From assembly GCA_002633005.1 (NCBI GenBank), contig NMRA01000426.1, positions 268,506-332,505 of the forward strand: 64,000 nucleotides of DNA, written 5' to 3'. Shown here piece after piece: positions 27,201 through 42,200 of the stretch. How positions within the stretch are numbered: the stretch's first letter is position 1; every line of letters begins with the position of its first letter. The notes beneath the pieces are model-generated. The model ran no database searches. It saw nothing but the letters and a program-made list of their open reading frames with translations, and was not told the DNA's origin. Both the position numbers and the translations under genes were made by a program. The DNA comes from Phoronis australis (taxonomy: Eukaryota; Animalia; Phoronida).

Positions 27201-30200
27201 AAGACCAGACTCTAACCTTAAATAATGAGGACAAAAATGTAATAACCACATTAACTTTTTAAAAAATTATAGATAATTAAGTTTCTTTCAAGAGTTTAAT
27301 GGGTACATCGTCTTCGGCTTTCCAATTACAGGATGGTATTGACGGCAAGTGCGAATCTGTTTACGTCATTGAACCTTTCTGCCAAGGCTCAAAATGTTCT
27401 TCTGACCTTGGACTTACGGTCATCAAGACACGTGACTACAGCCGTTGCCAGGACCGATCATCTATTGATTACAGCATGTACCGTGGATTCAAATGTGCTT
27501 CGTGCAAAGAATTTGAGGTTTGTTTGCTTTCAATCTGCCTTGTTGTTCAGTGTAAACCGAAGTACCGAATATTGGAACTCATATTATTTGACGTCTCAAA
27601 ATGTATTTAGGTTTCCCATATTGGTGTACAAAATCTTGTTGAAAACAAATAAAGAAATCTTTTTTCAATTCTAGAATATATTTTCAGAGAAAAATTGTTG
27701 AGCCCAGTGCCACAATGAAGTTGCATATCGTCGGTGACCGTCACAACTTCCTGCTGAAGTCAGCAGTTTTGGACAGCAAGTTCGTCTACACCCCGTTCTC
27801 AGTGGACGCTGGTGGTGCCGTCACTCTGATCAAGTAAGACAGATCGTTTACTGTATTAGTGACAGGAAACGCCGGCTTTGAATGAAAGGTTGCTCTGCTA
27901 TATCTAAAGGGATTTTCACTTAAGTCAGGGCAATTAATTTGAAACGTAATGAACGAGTTTTAAAACGACACAAAACGCTTTTTCTATAAACATCAGCAGT
28001 TTTCACATCTATTTAAATGTTTACGTGAACATGCGTGTAAATACGTAATGATAAGCGTTTGACAGCACCATTTCACGAATATTGTATAAGCACCCTCTTA
28101 AATCGTAGCCAAACGTTGGTTGCTGTGAAGACTGAAGTCAGTAAGAAAGACATCGAACTTCCCAAAGATCTTATTCGCATGCCTGGTGGCCTGAAGATGG
28201 AGCTGCCCTCAATCCGGGACCTGACCAAGAAGAAGTTCAAGGAAGCTGAGTCATCCCAGAATTCCATTCAAAGCAAAATCCAGTTGGTGAGCTTGAGAAC
28301 TGTGCATGTAAACCAGGAAATGGTTACATCCAAATTATTTTTCCAAACCAACTGTCGTTACCTCTTATTTACGCATGCCTTTCTTTCCCGTAGCAAGAGG
28401 GGCATGGGGCACCGGGCGATTCTCCTAGAAAAAGACCCATTCAAAAACTAGAGTATCCCAAGAAAGTTTCTGAAAGCTAGGTTATGTTGATTTAGGGGGC
28501 TGTGTACATTTACCAAAACTACCGACATTTCTGGTGATTGATAAAAATGACTGGGGCAGGGCAAAATCACGTTTCTGGCAGTATGCATGCAGTAATTTTG
28601 TAATGTTCTCCACTCTTTAGATTGGAACTCTAGTCAACGCTTGCGTGGATAAAATCAAAACACAAGACCTGTCGATGGTGCCAACATTAACCAAGGATAT
28701 CATTGATATCATGAAGACGTGTACCAAGCAAGAACTGTCGGCCATCTTTTCGCAATACTGCAGGAAGTCTCGCGTAATGAGCGACGACCAAATGAAGGCG
28801 AGGTAACGTGACCTTTTTAATTCTTCAATGTTATATCTAATAATAATGCTTTAAATAAATGCAGGTTACAAAAAAGAACGACACAAAACATAAGCATATG
28901 ATGAACTATTTGTAAAGGTTTTAGATGATGGTTCAATTCAACGAAGTCTTTCGCTTTCATTCCTTTCAGACGCCTAATCCTGGACATCCTACCAACGTGC
29001 GGAACACAAGAGTGCGTTGCCGTCATCATAGAACAATACATTGCCGGAGAGATAGCTCCTTTAAGGGCAGCTCAGATGTTTACTTTTACCGGCATGCTGG
29101 CTATTCCATCTGAGGAGAATGTTAACAAAATCATGGTAATGCCTAAAACCCATGCAATGCAACGATAAGACGCCAAAATTACTTTTTAGAAGAAGTATCT
29201 TTATACATACCAGAAGTATAAAGTAGCCACAATTCTTTCTAGTGCATACGACCAATTAACCAGCCAGTCCTGGAATATTTTTCCGTAGCAACGGTCGGCA
29301 AGATAAACAGGCATGAAAATCGTCTTAAAAACATGGAAAGCATTACAGGTGCTCGCTGTGTTGTAAATTACATGCATTCACTTTTCGTCAAACGTGTTTC
29401 TTATTATTCCACACTGAAATTTTCAAACGTCATAATGACTTTTCTAGCTCCTTGCGTCCAAGCTGTCAACCATGAAGCGTGAACAATCGCCAGCCTACCT
29501 ACAGAGGGCAGTGTGGCTTGCTGCCAGCAGCCTGGTCAGTTCTAACGTGGAAGACAACAAGGATGCGTGCAAGTTGTGTCCTCTCAAGACTTGCAGCCAG
29601 TGCCCAGAACTAAAGAAGAGGATAACAACCCTAACTTTAAACGCTGACAAATGGGCAAAGGTACAACTGACTGCCGCATGTAAATCAACTTATGAACTAA
29701 GTGAAAATAAACAAAAATCGTCATTAGTTTTTTAACGAAAATATGATTAAAGCTATGTAAGTGTTTGGCCTGCAGGATATGACATCTCATATATTACTAC
29801 ACATTAACGGTCAAAACATTTTTGTTCAATATATAATTACATATTCATTATGTTGACTCTGACCTTTAACACACGCAGATGCTGTGGACTGCCTACGACA
29901 AGTGCCAGACTCAAGATGAGCGCGTTATGATGCTCAAAGCAATAGGTAACAGCAGGCTCTTGGAGATTCTTCCTCAGCTCGAGAAACTGATTCAAAATAA
30001 AAAGACACCTCTTCCACTTCGCATACAGAGCATTTACTGCCTGAGGAAACTCGCACACAAGATTCCCCACAAGGTAAGCTTGTCTATTACAACGAGTCTA
30101 ATTTGTGTTTGCTATCGTTAAGAGCTTTGATACAAGTAATTGGTGATAAAACCAAACAAAATCTGTTGTCATATGTTTTGCCAAAACGATATCCTTGGAA

Positions 30201-33200
30201 ACATTGTTAAATTCAAATTATTCGGCACATAGTGACAGTGATTGTTAACATCCTCCTTTCTAAACAATCCTGAATTTTAATTCAGTTTGAACTTAATATA
30301 TTCTTATTTTCGTGGATTTTCCCTCCTGAAATACCAGAATATTCTAGTTCACCACATGTACTTACACTCTTAGGTCCACTCCCTGGCTTTGCCGATCTTG
30401 CTTAATCCCAAAGAATCGCACGAGGCCCGTATCGCAGCCTATCTGATGACAATGAAGACGGATCCCAGTCGCGCCCTCCTGAAGATGATCACCGACTCTA
30501 TGAAGAAGGAAAGAAGTCTGCAAGTTGGCTCATTCATCTACACACACATGATGTCTCTGGCTAATACAACTGAACCGTGCAAGCGACCATTGTACGTATA
30601 CCGTATCTCTGAACAATTATTATTCCTTGAAATGAAACACGGAGACAAGCTCAACGAGCGAGCGGTGCTCATGAGAAGCGTTTCTATTTTTGATTTTTAT
30701 AAAGTGAAATGAAGAGACGCTGTGACTTTTCTCGAACGTATTATCAAAATCTTTGAAGAAATTTTCTAGCACTGTGTAAAAAATGCAAGAACGAGCGAAA
30801 TCGTAATGCATTTTAACCCTACACTGTGTGAAAACCCACTTTCGTAACAGGCGCATCACTGATCTTCCAAAGCTACGCCATCTTGTCCATCCCCTTTGTT
30901 TTAATCAAAACTAGTCGCAATAAAACACCTGTCATTCCTTAATCAGCAAACTTTACCGGATTATCTTGAAGCCAAACAGTCTCAATACCTCAAACCATTT
31001 GCACTCAGGTGAGAAATAACAGCTGGGTTTACAAAGAACTGACAGTTTGTTATTCACTGAGATTTTCCCATAAAATGACAAGGCAAGATGTAGAGCAATA
31101 ATGAAATATAACTCCTTTGAAGCCCTGGGATCACATCCGATTTGACAAGGAGCAACTTGAAACGACTTTCATAACCGTAAGTTATTAAATTAAAACCGAG
31201 ACCGGCAAGAGATCTTTTATTTATGCTGCTACTGCAATATGGAACTCTGTTAGCCCAGAAATTAAACGGTCCAATTCAATTAATACTTTCAAACTCAACA
31301 TTAAAAAGTGGATGTAATTTACTTATACATTCTTAAACTTTACCTGTCTTAATTATGGCATTTTTCATTATTGTAAAATTACTCTCGCTATTTAGTGTCA
31401 TCTATTTATTTCATCTCTCTTAATCAAATTTTCGTCATCCTTCGTCATTTATTTATTCGAATTCTCAGCCTGTTTTAATTGTATCTTTGTTACGAGTATT
31501 TAATCATTGTTTTACTACTTTATTGCATTATTTTACTGTTTTATATTGTGTTGTTGAGGACCCTCTTGGAAAGCAGTGCTGTCACTGAAGAGGCCACCCT
31601 CATTTTAAATATTACAATAAATGAACAAATAAATGAAAATAAGTGGTCTATATCAAAATTTTGTCTTTGTGATCGAAGGTGGCTTTATTGTCGCTTTATC
31701 GCAATAACATTAATATAACGAGGCTGGAAGGCATGTACATAAACCAAGGTAATGACAAAGAGACAGTTCTATAGAATATTCCTTGTACTTCTAAAGTATT
31801 CTAATGGTTTTGTTTAAAATCATTATACATGTTACCACTCTTTGTTTCAGGGCTGTGAAGTGCAAACTAGCGCTCCTGTCGGCTCGTCCATTTAATCTTA
31901 ACCTTCAGTTCTCCAGGAATATGCGTTACGGAAGCTGGAACGGCAAGTATTTCTTTGAGAAAAAAGTTTGATTTAAGGTTATGTAGGACCCTAGAAAATG
32001 ATCCAAATTGGCTAAGTCCGTAACACCATGTCTCAGAAATGGCTAATCAAATTTACATGACACTTCCAGATAATACGCTAATCTCCAAAAAGGAGTTCTT
32101 ATAAAATTTCCACTTTTGCATGAAAGGATACTAAAAATATGACTTATTTTCATAAAAAAATTGTATAAACCGAAATCGAAATAATTTAGAAAAATGCGAC
32201 AACTTTGTTTGAGATTTTATCTTCAACATTTATATGAAATATAATTTTGTCATGAGTTCCGACACCATTGTTTTCCTTACCTTTCTTTTTGTAAAATTTT
32301 ACCAAAAAGACATGACCACGTGACCCAAATGAAAGTAAATTGGTGGAAAGTCAAAATTCTGCAAGCAGATTTCTACTTTCAGAAAATATACTTTTACTGA
32401 GTGAGCAATCTATAGTTATATAAATATTTGAATAAATATATGGACTTCTCGAGGATGCCCTAAGTAACCTAAATGCGCATATGTTTGGTAATTTAGATCA
32501 CGGTGTGTTGCACTATATCTCTTGAGCAAGAAGGGTTGTAATAGTATTAAGCGATTCTTGACCATCCAACCATGAGAGTTTTAAAATATGGTCATTATTT
32601 CTTCAGATTGGCTTCAGCGTGGCCACGAAATGGACATGAGCATGGTTGGTGACCCACACTCAGTTCTTCCAAGGTCAGCATCCTACTCCGCTAAGCAGTT
32701 TTTGGCTGGTAGTCATCTTAATCTTTTTGAAGTAAGTCAGTTTTTATTTGATTTGGTGTAAACTTAAATCTTGCTGCACAACAAAAATAGTTCGGATAAT
32801 TCGATGTCACGGTTATGTAGGGTAGGAAGTAACTTACTTCGGTCAAAAGAGTGGTTTTCATAGGTAATAAGGGCGGGAAAACACTTTCTCAACGTTCATT
32901 TCGTAGCAGAGAAGAGCTGTATAACAACAACGGACACTTAGCCTCATCTTTAAGTAAAGTTATTTATTACCAACTTGCATCATACTAACAAGTAACGCCA
33001 ATCCAAGGAGTTAGGGTACTGGCTGGTTACGCATACAAAATACATCACTAAGTCTCACTTCTTTTTTAAAGGCAGGTTACCGCGCTGAAGGTCTACAGTC
33101 CATAGTCGACAAGTACTTCGATATCGAGGAAATCAAAAACTTCTTCGGGGATATGCTGTCTGGGAAGATAACAAAGTCTGAGAAATCATCATTCGAAGTG

Positions 33201-36200
33201 AAGTTATCCCAGAGTAAGCAACACAAGGTACTGTGCCCAGACGTTAATGTTTGTGTTTTGTATATGTGAAAGTACGAGATTAAATAAATAACAACTTTTC
33301 AGAAAAACCATTCTGTGGTATAGTTACAAGTTTCAATACTACAATTTCCTGCTATGTCCATAATGCTGGCTATACTAGAAATATTGCCACAATCGTATAT
33401 TTCAGATAAAGACTGCAACACGAGCGTCTAAAGACCTCAGTGGATCATTCTACCTGAAGACGTCCGGAAACGAATTCTTTGCTATGCCTTTCAACAAGAA
33501 TACCTTAGGTGAACTTATGGACTGGGGTACGTTGATTTAATAAAGGGAATATGTAAAGATGGCTATGAACACTCAAGGCATTGTCATCTAAGGAAAGCCA
33601 AACTGAAAGAAATCTGTTTATTTTCAACAAGCCTTTGTCCTGAAAACGATCCGTTTCCATGGATATGAACAGAACGAGTAGTTTTCTGCAAAAATCTATA
33701 GATCGTGATACTTTGCACTTTAGAAAACAAAATCATGCAGGCGTTCTGGAACACGTTGCACCAGGCGTGCAAAGGCTACTTAGGGGGGTTAATTGCACTG
33801 ATTACGTGAAACCACTTTCATGCTCCATTAATATACAGTTAAAACCGAGCCGAGGAGCTAGTTACCTGACTCACGAATCTTACAGTGTGCCACAGTAGGA
33901 CTCGAACCTAAGACCTCAAGTAAAGCAAGGGGACACTTTCCCCACTAGGCCACACTGTCTCCTGCACGTTCCTGTCTGTTCTGTCGTTCATATTCCTAAC
34001 ACAGCTTTCCTCGTTTTAATTGCAGTTAATTTCGCCAAACTTATTAAAGAAATGGAATCCGGCAAGAACATTGACTGGACCAAAGCCGTGGTAGTCAATG
34101 ACGCCTTCCTCGTGATGCCAACAACTATGGGCGTGCCTCTGAACCTCAACGAAACTCAGCAATTTATCGCATCTGTCACAGGAACCGCCAAACTTTCATC
34201 AACAACCAAGAAGCGTGCACTGAAAGATGTATCGACAAGAATCACGGGGTCGGCTGGGTAAGCCAGTGAAGTTACTGAAGAAAGAAACTTATCCTTTAAC
34301 AATGGCAAGAGGTGTGATTTCAATAAGAGGAAACACAATCAAGGGCTTTAGATATGTTAACATTTTGACTATGTTTATCATGATCGCACACAGTCGTTTC
34401 AAAGCGGAACCAACTTCTTTAACAATTTCATTATTTCACGATATTGTAAAGTTCATTAAACATTGAATTTGAACAAGTTGTTTCTAACAAAAATCAACAT
34501 TCCCATCTATGACGTCGTTCCCTTCATTTTCATCTCAGAGCCTTTTTCGAAACAAGAGGCCGTTTTGGTGTTGACGCCAGTCTCTTCAAATGTGGAGTTG
34601 AGCTGAAGATGAAAGCCGAAGCCAAACTTCCCATCAGTGTGTCTGCTCGACTCAGCGTTCCGCAGCAATCTCTTCAGATCAGCATGGACACGCCACAGCA
34701 GGCAAGTAACTCGACAAACACGGCCGCTTTTTGTCCTTGAACAGCTTTGTACTTCAACTGTCACCGAGTGCATGGTTTTTGTCTATAAAACAATTCAAAG
34801 AAACATAGCTTGTAATTTCTACTGGTTCGAAGCTCAACGTATGAACAAATTTTACAAGCATTGTGATCGGCCCTGCTAACATACAAGCCATCTTTTAGGA
34901 AGAAAAATAACCTGTCAATAAGCGACCAATTTATTCAATCAAAAATTCTGACTTCAAATTTGAATTAAACTGTTTTTGAGGATTTGGTTACTTGCTTACA
35001 GGAAAGACGACTTATGCGTCTGAAGAGCGTGCCTCAAACATTCTTCCATTACATACGACGTGAGCAAGCTGAGGTGACTCCTAAAGTTGACATCCGAGAA
35101 ATGACCGGAGAGGAAATTAACCCACCCAACATTGTGAGTAATTTAGGATGCGATAGTCTTGGAGCGGCTACAAATCACGATAGACTTGGAGCGGCTACAA
35201 ATCGCGATAGACTTGGAGCGGCTACAAATTGCACTTTCATAACAAACTCACTTTCTATTTAGACACCTTGCCTTCTCAAATTATCCCTTATAAATTTATT
35301 GATCAGCTCCATAACAGGTTCATCGCCTGTATACCTACGGCATCCACAGGTCGTGTATTACCTATGACTAACAAACAAAACACTCACCTGGATAAAAACA
35401 CGGGAACATTATTACAATAAAGCAGGTGGTATAAATTGAAGGAACGCCAGTTTCTATCTCCTTCAAGTAAAATAAAGTTTAGATACAAAGACTATTTAAA
35501 TACACATTACAGATTCATTCGTTTTTGAAAAATGGTTGTCACAACCCTAAACTGTTGTTGCATAAACTTGTATTCTGTATTCAGTTCTCCCGAAGCTGGG
35601 GACGTCAACAGTTTGGCTTGGAAGTTGAGATGCGCGGCCGAACAGTAAACAGAACTGGCAAACCTTTCAGCCCCGTTCATCCGTTCAACTCTAAGCAAGC
35701 CATGGACATTTTAGCTCGTCCAGGAAACGATAAGCCGGAACAACTTATACTTACCGCCTACATGAAAACTAAGGTATGGAAATCTCATTTTTGTTGGTCA
35801 AAGTGTTGTATGTCACGCAATGATGAGGCCGCCACATCTAGTGATTATTTCACGTTATTTCACGTTATCTCACGTGTATTTTTATTTGATGTTGATATTA
35901 CATTGCATTGTTCCGCACCTTACTACAGAATCCATTGTCGGAGAAGACCCATGAACGAGTTTCGAGTGCCGAGTCGAGTGCCGAGTCGAGTACCGAGTCG
36001 AGTACCGAGGTCCCTGTTGAGCGAAGCTGGTGGAAACAGATACTGCAACTCTCCAATGATTGGATCAGCGACAGCGGTGAGGATAGATCAGCGGCAAGAC
36101 GGTCAGATGAATCCTCGTCCGGCGAAGTTCAGAGCGAGAGAAACATTGAGAAGATCCCTCTCCTTTCATCAGAAAGCACTCGATATGAAGCGAACATTGC

Positions 36201-39200
36201 GTAGGTTTTTGTACTGGTTACATGTGTTTTACGCACTTTGAGAATATCACGCACGACTCACTTATTAATTGATTTGAGCAACGTGATTGCTTCCACTTGT
36301 CCTGCAAGACTCAACATTACCGTACTGAATCTTGAAAGCTCTCGTTGTAATAAACAGTGGTAAAGTATAAGACTTGTGGTTATGTTTTTGGTTTCAGACT
36401 GCAGACGAAAGGTAGCCGAAAGGAACGTCAGTCGCGTTTAAACGTAGTCTACCAGAGAACACCATCTTGCAGCCTGAGAAAGGTAGACGCTCAGTTTGTT
36501 TGCGGACACGTGAAACCAGAAGAGACCAGAAGCTGGGAGGTGAACAAAGACGAGGAACCGTATAAACTGAAGGTAACAATAGCAGCTTATTTCACATTGG
36601 TCATTTTGCACTTCAGATGAGGAACTCAACCGTTTCTGAGGTCATCTTTAGTAAAAATGTAGATCCCTGGTCCTCTTGGATAATACATTTTTGTGTCAAT
36701 TACTATTCCTCTGCAGTAACAGACCAGTATGGTTCTGCATCCACGTCTGTACATGTCTTGCTGTTGTACACAGCCTGCGTGTTTATTCATGAAAGTGAAT
36801 CCAGAACCAAGATACGGGACTTTTGCTGATTTATTTATGTCACTTTTACAAAGAAAAATGTCTCTTCAAGATTACCGGGGAATAGAGGTAACACTCAAAA
36901 AGGTTTTTGCCATTATAAGAAATTAAACTTGAAAATTCAACTGCTGCACATAATTTCAGCCTTCAAATTAAATTTGAAATTGCGGTGCTGTCATGCTTAC
37001 TCACCACGACAGCTGGTGGTAAGCTGCCCCCGCCCTCCTAAATCCGCATCTGCAACAAGAATTTAACACAGACATTACAACCCAACATTTTACTAGGGAA
37101 TAAAAATTACATGTCTTATTGGAACACTGCAAATCAAATTGTGTGAAGACAACCTAATCAGTATGTTTTAACAGCAGTAAGGAAATACGAGCGTACAATT
37201 ACCAGTTTAAGTTAATGTTCCAAAATTGTAGTACATATATAGTTATTGCATTATATTAGTAGCCCTTAAGGTTGCACAGAGTTTTATCGACAGGTTTGTG
37301 CATTTAGCTAAAATTCTTTGAACTACAGAAGTTTTCGAAGTATATACTTTCACAATGTACAGAGTCTCTAAACTTTGGTTTTTATCTAAAATGCTGTTTC
37401 AGTTCTCTCAAATACAATTTCATTTTCGCCTTACGGAACTTTTTATTGTTTTAATCCAATTTCTATTTTATCCCCCTCATGCAAAAGTGGAAATTTTTAA
37501 AAACATTTCCTAAATGTTTGCTGAAGAATAGTACATGAAACATAGGCTACCTCTGAAACCAACCATCCACTTTTGAGAGATATTGTTCCAAATTTGGACA
37601 TTTTTCGAAGGTCCTACATAATTTAATTTGATTTACTGATGCTCCAGAAATCAACTTTGTGTGATATACATTTCTGTCAGTTCCCATTCACCGACATGCA
37701 TTTCTCATCATCACCAAGAAACCACCAATACCTTTATGACGATATGATCATGAGTCACACCTGTATGTTGTTATTGACAGATCAAGTTTGAAGGACGAAT
37801 GGAGAGCAGGAGCCCAGCCAAGTCTGCACCAATCACTGAATGGAATACTGCCAAGATCGACTCAGCCTTCAAGCTCTCTTGGATGACCTCTTCCTCCCAG
37901 AAGACAATGGACTTCAAGGTATGAAATGTTTCAGTGTTTACAAGTCCGTAAAAAGCACCCAAAAGAAGTACTTGTAAATCAAACTAATAAATTGGACTCG
38001 TGCCTGTGTTTGAAAGAGAAATATCTCAAACAATCAGCTCTCAAATTGTCTGGAAACTTTATCTTTGAACTTCGAAAAGCCACTAGGTGGCAGTCTTATA
38101 CCACAGACTGACCGGACGATGTGATCGAATGTTGGAGATGGACCACCCCCTTCTCATGGGCACAGACAGGATAACTATACAATTGTTTTCTAGCCATGCT
38201 GCACCAATCAGCCACTGGTCTGCATTCTTACCATTCATCTATTGACTCCACCATTAACAGGCTGTTGCTGAGAAGAGCCGCGAGCAGAAGCAACTGATAG
38301 AATCAGGACTGCAGGGCTGGCGTCAATACAAGCAGTGTCAGGCAGACAAAGCGGCCGGACACAAATACAGTTGGGCTTGTGAGGTCGTCCAATCAGAGAA
38401 GGAATCACTCAACCAAATCCGCGTTCACACCCTGGAACCGGTAGGTCCACAACAAAGGTGTCCTATAGTACCCCTCACAGCACAAAATACTGTCATACAC
38501 AATCCAATTTAGAGAAACGGCCATAGTGCGTCATTTTCAGTTGTACTGTACATCAATCTCACTGAAGCTTGTTTTGTAGATAACTATTGTTCTTGAGTAG
38601 AATCGTCGACGGTTGAACACGAGAGAATATCACTACCACCACGTAAACAAATTGCATGTAAACCATTTTAATAGCTGTTTAGTTCACTCCTGATCAATGA
38701 AATAATATATGAGCAGGAAAGAAAGGAACAATAGAAACTTTTCTTAAATGCCGTTCTTACAAATTTTGTTCAGATCTCTGCCCTCTGGAGAGACGTCATG
38801 CCCTCCTGGATGCGCAACACGTGCAAGAAAGTCCAACGTTACATGATTCAGATGACTTCACCACAGCTCTTGTTCATCGATGACTTGCCCGTCAACCAGA
38901 AGATGGCGCTGAAGATGAGCCTCAAGAGAGACTCTCATCAGGTTGCCAAAAAACTAAAAAAATTTACCTTAGTTCACAAAATATGCTATAAAAAAACAGG
39001 ATAATTTTGGAGACTAAAATTAAATCACAATTTACTACAGCTCTTTAAAACAAAAACAAGATGTTAAGGTAGTCTCTTGTTTTCCAATTCCTTGCACGGC
39101 TCACCATCTTGTATGCTCTAAAGGTACAACTATCAGCTTTAAGTGATATACAGTCTCATGCAGCGCTGTTTAGGTCAAGGCAAAACTGGGATAAATCAGA

Positions 39201-42200
39201 GGAGCGGATGTTAAATCTTGCCGTTAAAACGATCCGTCTGTGGTTTGACTATGAGTAGTCGGGAATTCCAATTCGTATTCTAAAGCAAAAACAATGGGTT
39301 CCACCCTAAAACATAAACGATGGTTTTCACAGGCGGCGCTTCAAAAGTCTTTAAATGTACGTATTGTGGTTCAAAATCACAACGTCGATGCAAAGGAACA
39401 AATTCCAATGTTTTGCTATTCTTTAAGGTTGACATGGAAACCGTTCTGGTCCCATTTACCAAGGTCATTGTCAATGGCTTGATGTCACCCATTCCTATCT
39501 CTTCAATTCCCGTAAAGCCAATGGATCACATTCCATCAATCCTTCCAGAACAGCCTAGGTTCTTCATGAAGACTCCACTGGCTAGAGCGTCCTACCATCG
39601 TAAGTGACGCACTGACATCTATCGGCCTGCTCCGATGTGTCATATTTCTTTTTTTCTGCAACTTGTTCCTGACCGTGGTTGTTGTTCAAATCGTCTACAA
39701 TCAGCAAGTATGGAAGAATTACCCGTCACAGTAGAAAAAGAAGAAAATGTTTCTGTGTCATCTACGGCACCTTGCACAAAGAAAAGGAAGTCGTGACAAC
39801 AACGCGATGCATTCACATAAAAGAGTGGTGCTCTGTTTTTTTTTACGTGCGAGGTTTATGTATACGGGTCTGCAACCTTACCCAAAACCAATGATGTCTT
39901 AGTAAGCGCGCTCTTTTTTCAAAATTTTCGATTAAAAGAAAATATCTTACTACCTTTGTACCCAATCTCTCCTTCTAGCCCAGTGCTTCCTCACACAGGA
40001 CCGCGTCATTAGTTTCGACGGACGTAAATTGCCAATCCCATCAACAACTTGCCAGATTTTGTTGGCTAAAGACTGCTCAAAAGAAGAGAAGTTCTCCATC
40101 ATTGTACAACCTCTTTCCTTTGGGTTGAAGGTAAGTGCATGGAGCCTCTGGTGTATTGCAGGCTGCGTGGGAAAACAATATTGTGTCTGAACAGGATAAC
40201 TCGTATGATTTCCAAATTTTATGCAAAAGTATGGTATCATTATCTGAGAACTGAATACTGTATTTAAATTGAAACGAGGAGTTATATTTTTCATTAAAGT
40301 AGATCTCATTCGATGCCAGAGACACAACCGGACAAGAAGAAAATAAGGAAGTGCTTGGTTCTCTATCGCCATTCCCGTGAATTCATTGAGAGATGTACTT
40401 CAACAAACTGACACTGCGTAAATAAAATTTCCATGTGTAGTCAAGTTAATCTTGGCCAAGACGTCTTCTAATCTCGACACTTTTACACTGTTTCCAAAGT
40501 GTACGTTCCTCCCATTCATTCGCACTATTTTTTTCTTTACAGAAAGTCATCGTCAGCGTTCAGTCGAAAGAAATCGAGTTGGTTCCAAACAGGAGAGGAA
40601 GTCCATCTGTTCTGATCAGTGGTCAGTCGATGTCTGTCCCAGCATCTTCCCAGAAAGTGCCCATCAGAGTCCCAGACGACCAGTCGTGAGTATTGCATTA
40701 ACTTATCTCCAGTGCGTTTCCAAAAACACAATTGCCCACGCAGTGCTAATTATGTAAAGCCAATTCGCAAACTTCAACTTCAAATCAATCAAGTTCGCGA
40801 TGGTGAATCATTCCGTTAAAGCAATCAGTCAACTCCATTTGGTTCATAGTTTCGGTGTGAGTGATAAGAGCGGCGAATTCGCCGTATTAGATACCATAAT
40901 GAAGGGTTTCAACACAGAACAATGGTTTTCAAAGCTGGAAATGCATGGGACTTTTAAAGACTAAAAGATATAGCTCAGTTGTGCGACGGTTTAACTACAG
41001 CTTCAACGTTTCAGCAAAATCCTCGGCTACATCGACAACAAGTATGATGAACTCCGCCTGACCCTTAAGATTGGTGTGGAAGTAAAGACGGACGGACAAA
41101 ATGTTAGAGTTAAGGTAAGGCAAAGTAAATTTTTGACCGGGCAAATTTGTTGCGTCACTTATTATTACGATATCAAGAAACAATAATCAAAATCATTTTG
41201 TTACACATTCTTTTGTGATTGAACAAGTAACAGTTGAATAAAGGCCTGTACTAATGTGCACCATGAATATATACATTATTGCATTTTCTCAGGTTTCTCC
41301 TCTCCGGTATCCTGGAAAGACATGTGGAGTTTGTGGCAACAACAATGGCGAAGACAGCGACGAGCTAACTGGACCGGATATGACAAAGTACGCAACACCG
41401 GAAGCTGTCGTCGCTAGCTATCTTCTGCCCACCGATACCTGCGATGCTAGCCAAGTGCAAAGGAAACATGGCGCTCTCGGTAAATTGATTTCACATTGAC
41501 ATGAAGGAAGAATCAATATTGCTCTGACGTGAACTTGAGTTTCATGTTTTAAGCCAAAAAATAAACAATTAGAGGTCAAATCTAGTAATCATGATATAAA
41601 TAAAATAGTGCCAGTCTCTCTTTACGGACGTTACTTTCTGTCACTATGTAACTATTTCTTATTGTGTTTCATGGCAATCCAGACTGATGTTTGTAAATCT
41701 CAAATGTGCCAAAACACAACAAGTTAAAAACACGTCCTTATTTTTCTTGTAGAACAAGAAAGAGTGTGAATCAGAACTAGTGTGTCTCAAATTCGGTCTC
41801 TCGTTTAGGGAAACCTAGATTCAAATACTTGCTAACACTGTCAGACAATCGAGCACTACACAAAGCTTTTCTAAGCTCGGTATTGGTAGCAAATGAATGC
41901 ACGGGGTTGACAGTATCTGGATACAACGCGAAAGCGACTTGTGTATGTCTGCTAGTACTTTTAAAATAAGATCGTTGGCATCATTGAAGTATTTTACACA
42001 ATGGCAGTGTCAAAACGTAGATATACTCAATACCTCTTTACACTCTGTATAAGAGCTACGTGGGAACTACTTTAAAAGATCGGGTAAAATGGCTCCTGAG
42101 TGATTAACAGGAAAACGTGACATTCGGACAATCAGTTTGGTTGGAAAATTCCGTTGGGAAATTCCGCAAGTGTAATGGTTAGACATGCTTAACTACCCTG

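Noticed and set aside
35525-36241. 238-aa ORF with RVPS repeats
   Set aside because: Read-through of exon 21, an intron and exon 22 in the wrong frame; splice phases support the SSAE/SSTE frame.
40850-40965. Extra vitellogenin exon after CATAG
   Set aside because: Runs into a stop with no good donor; exons 29 and 30 already join in phase with vWD-like sequence.
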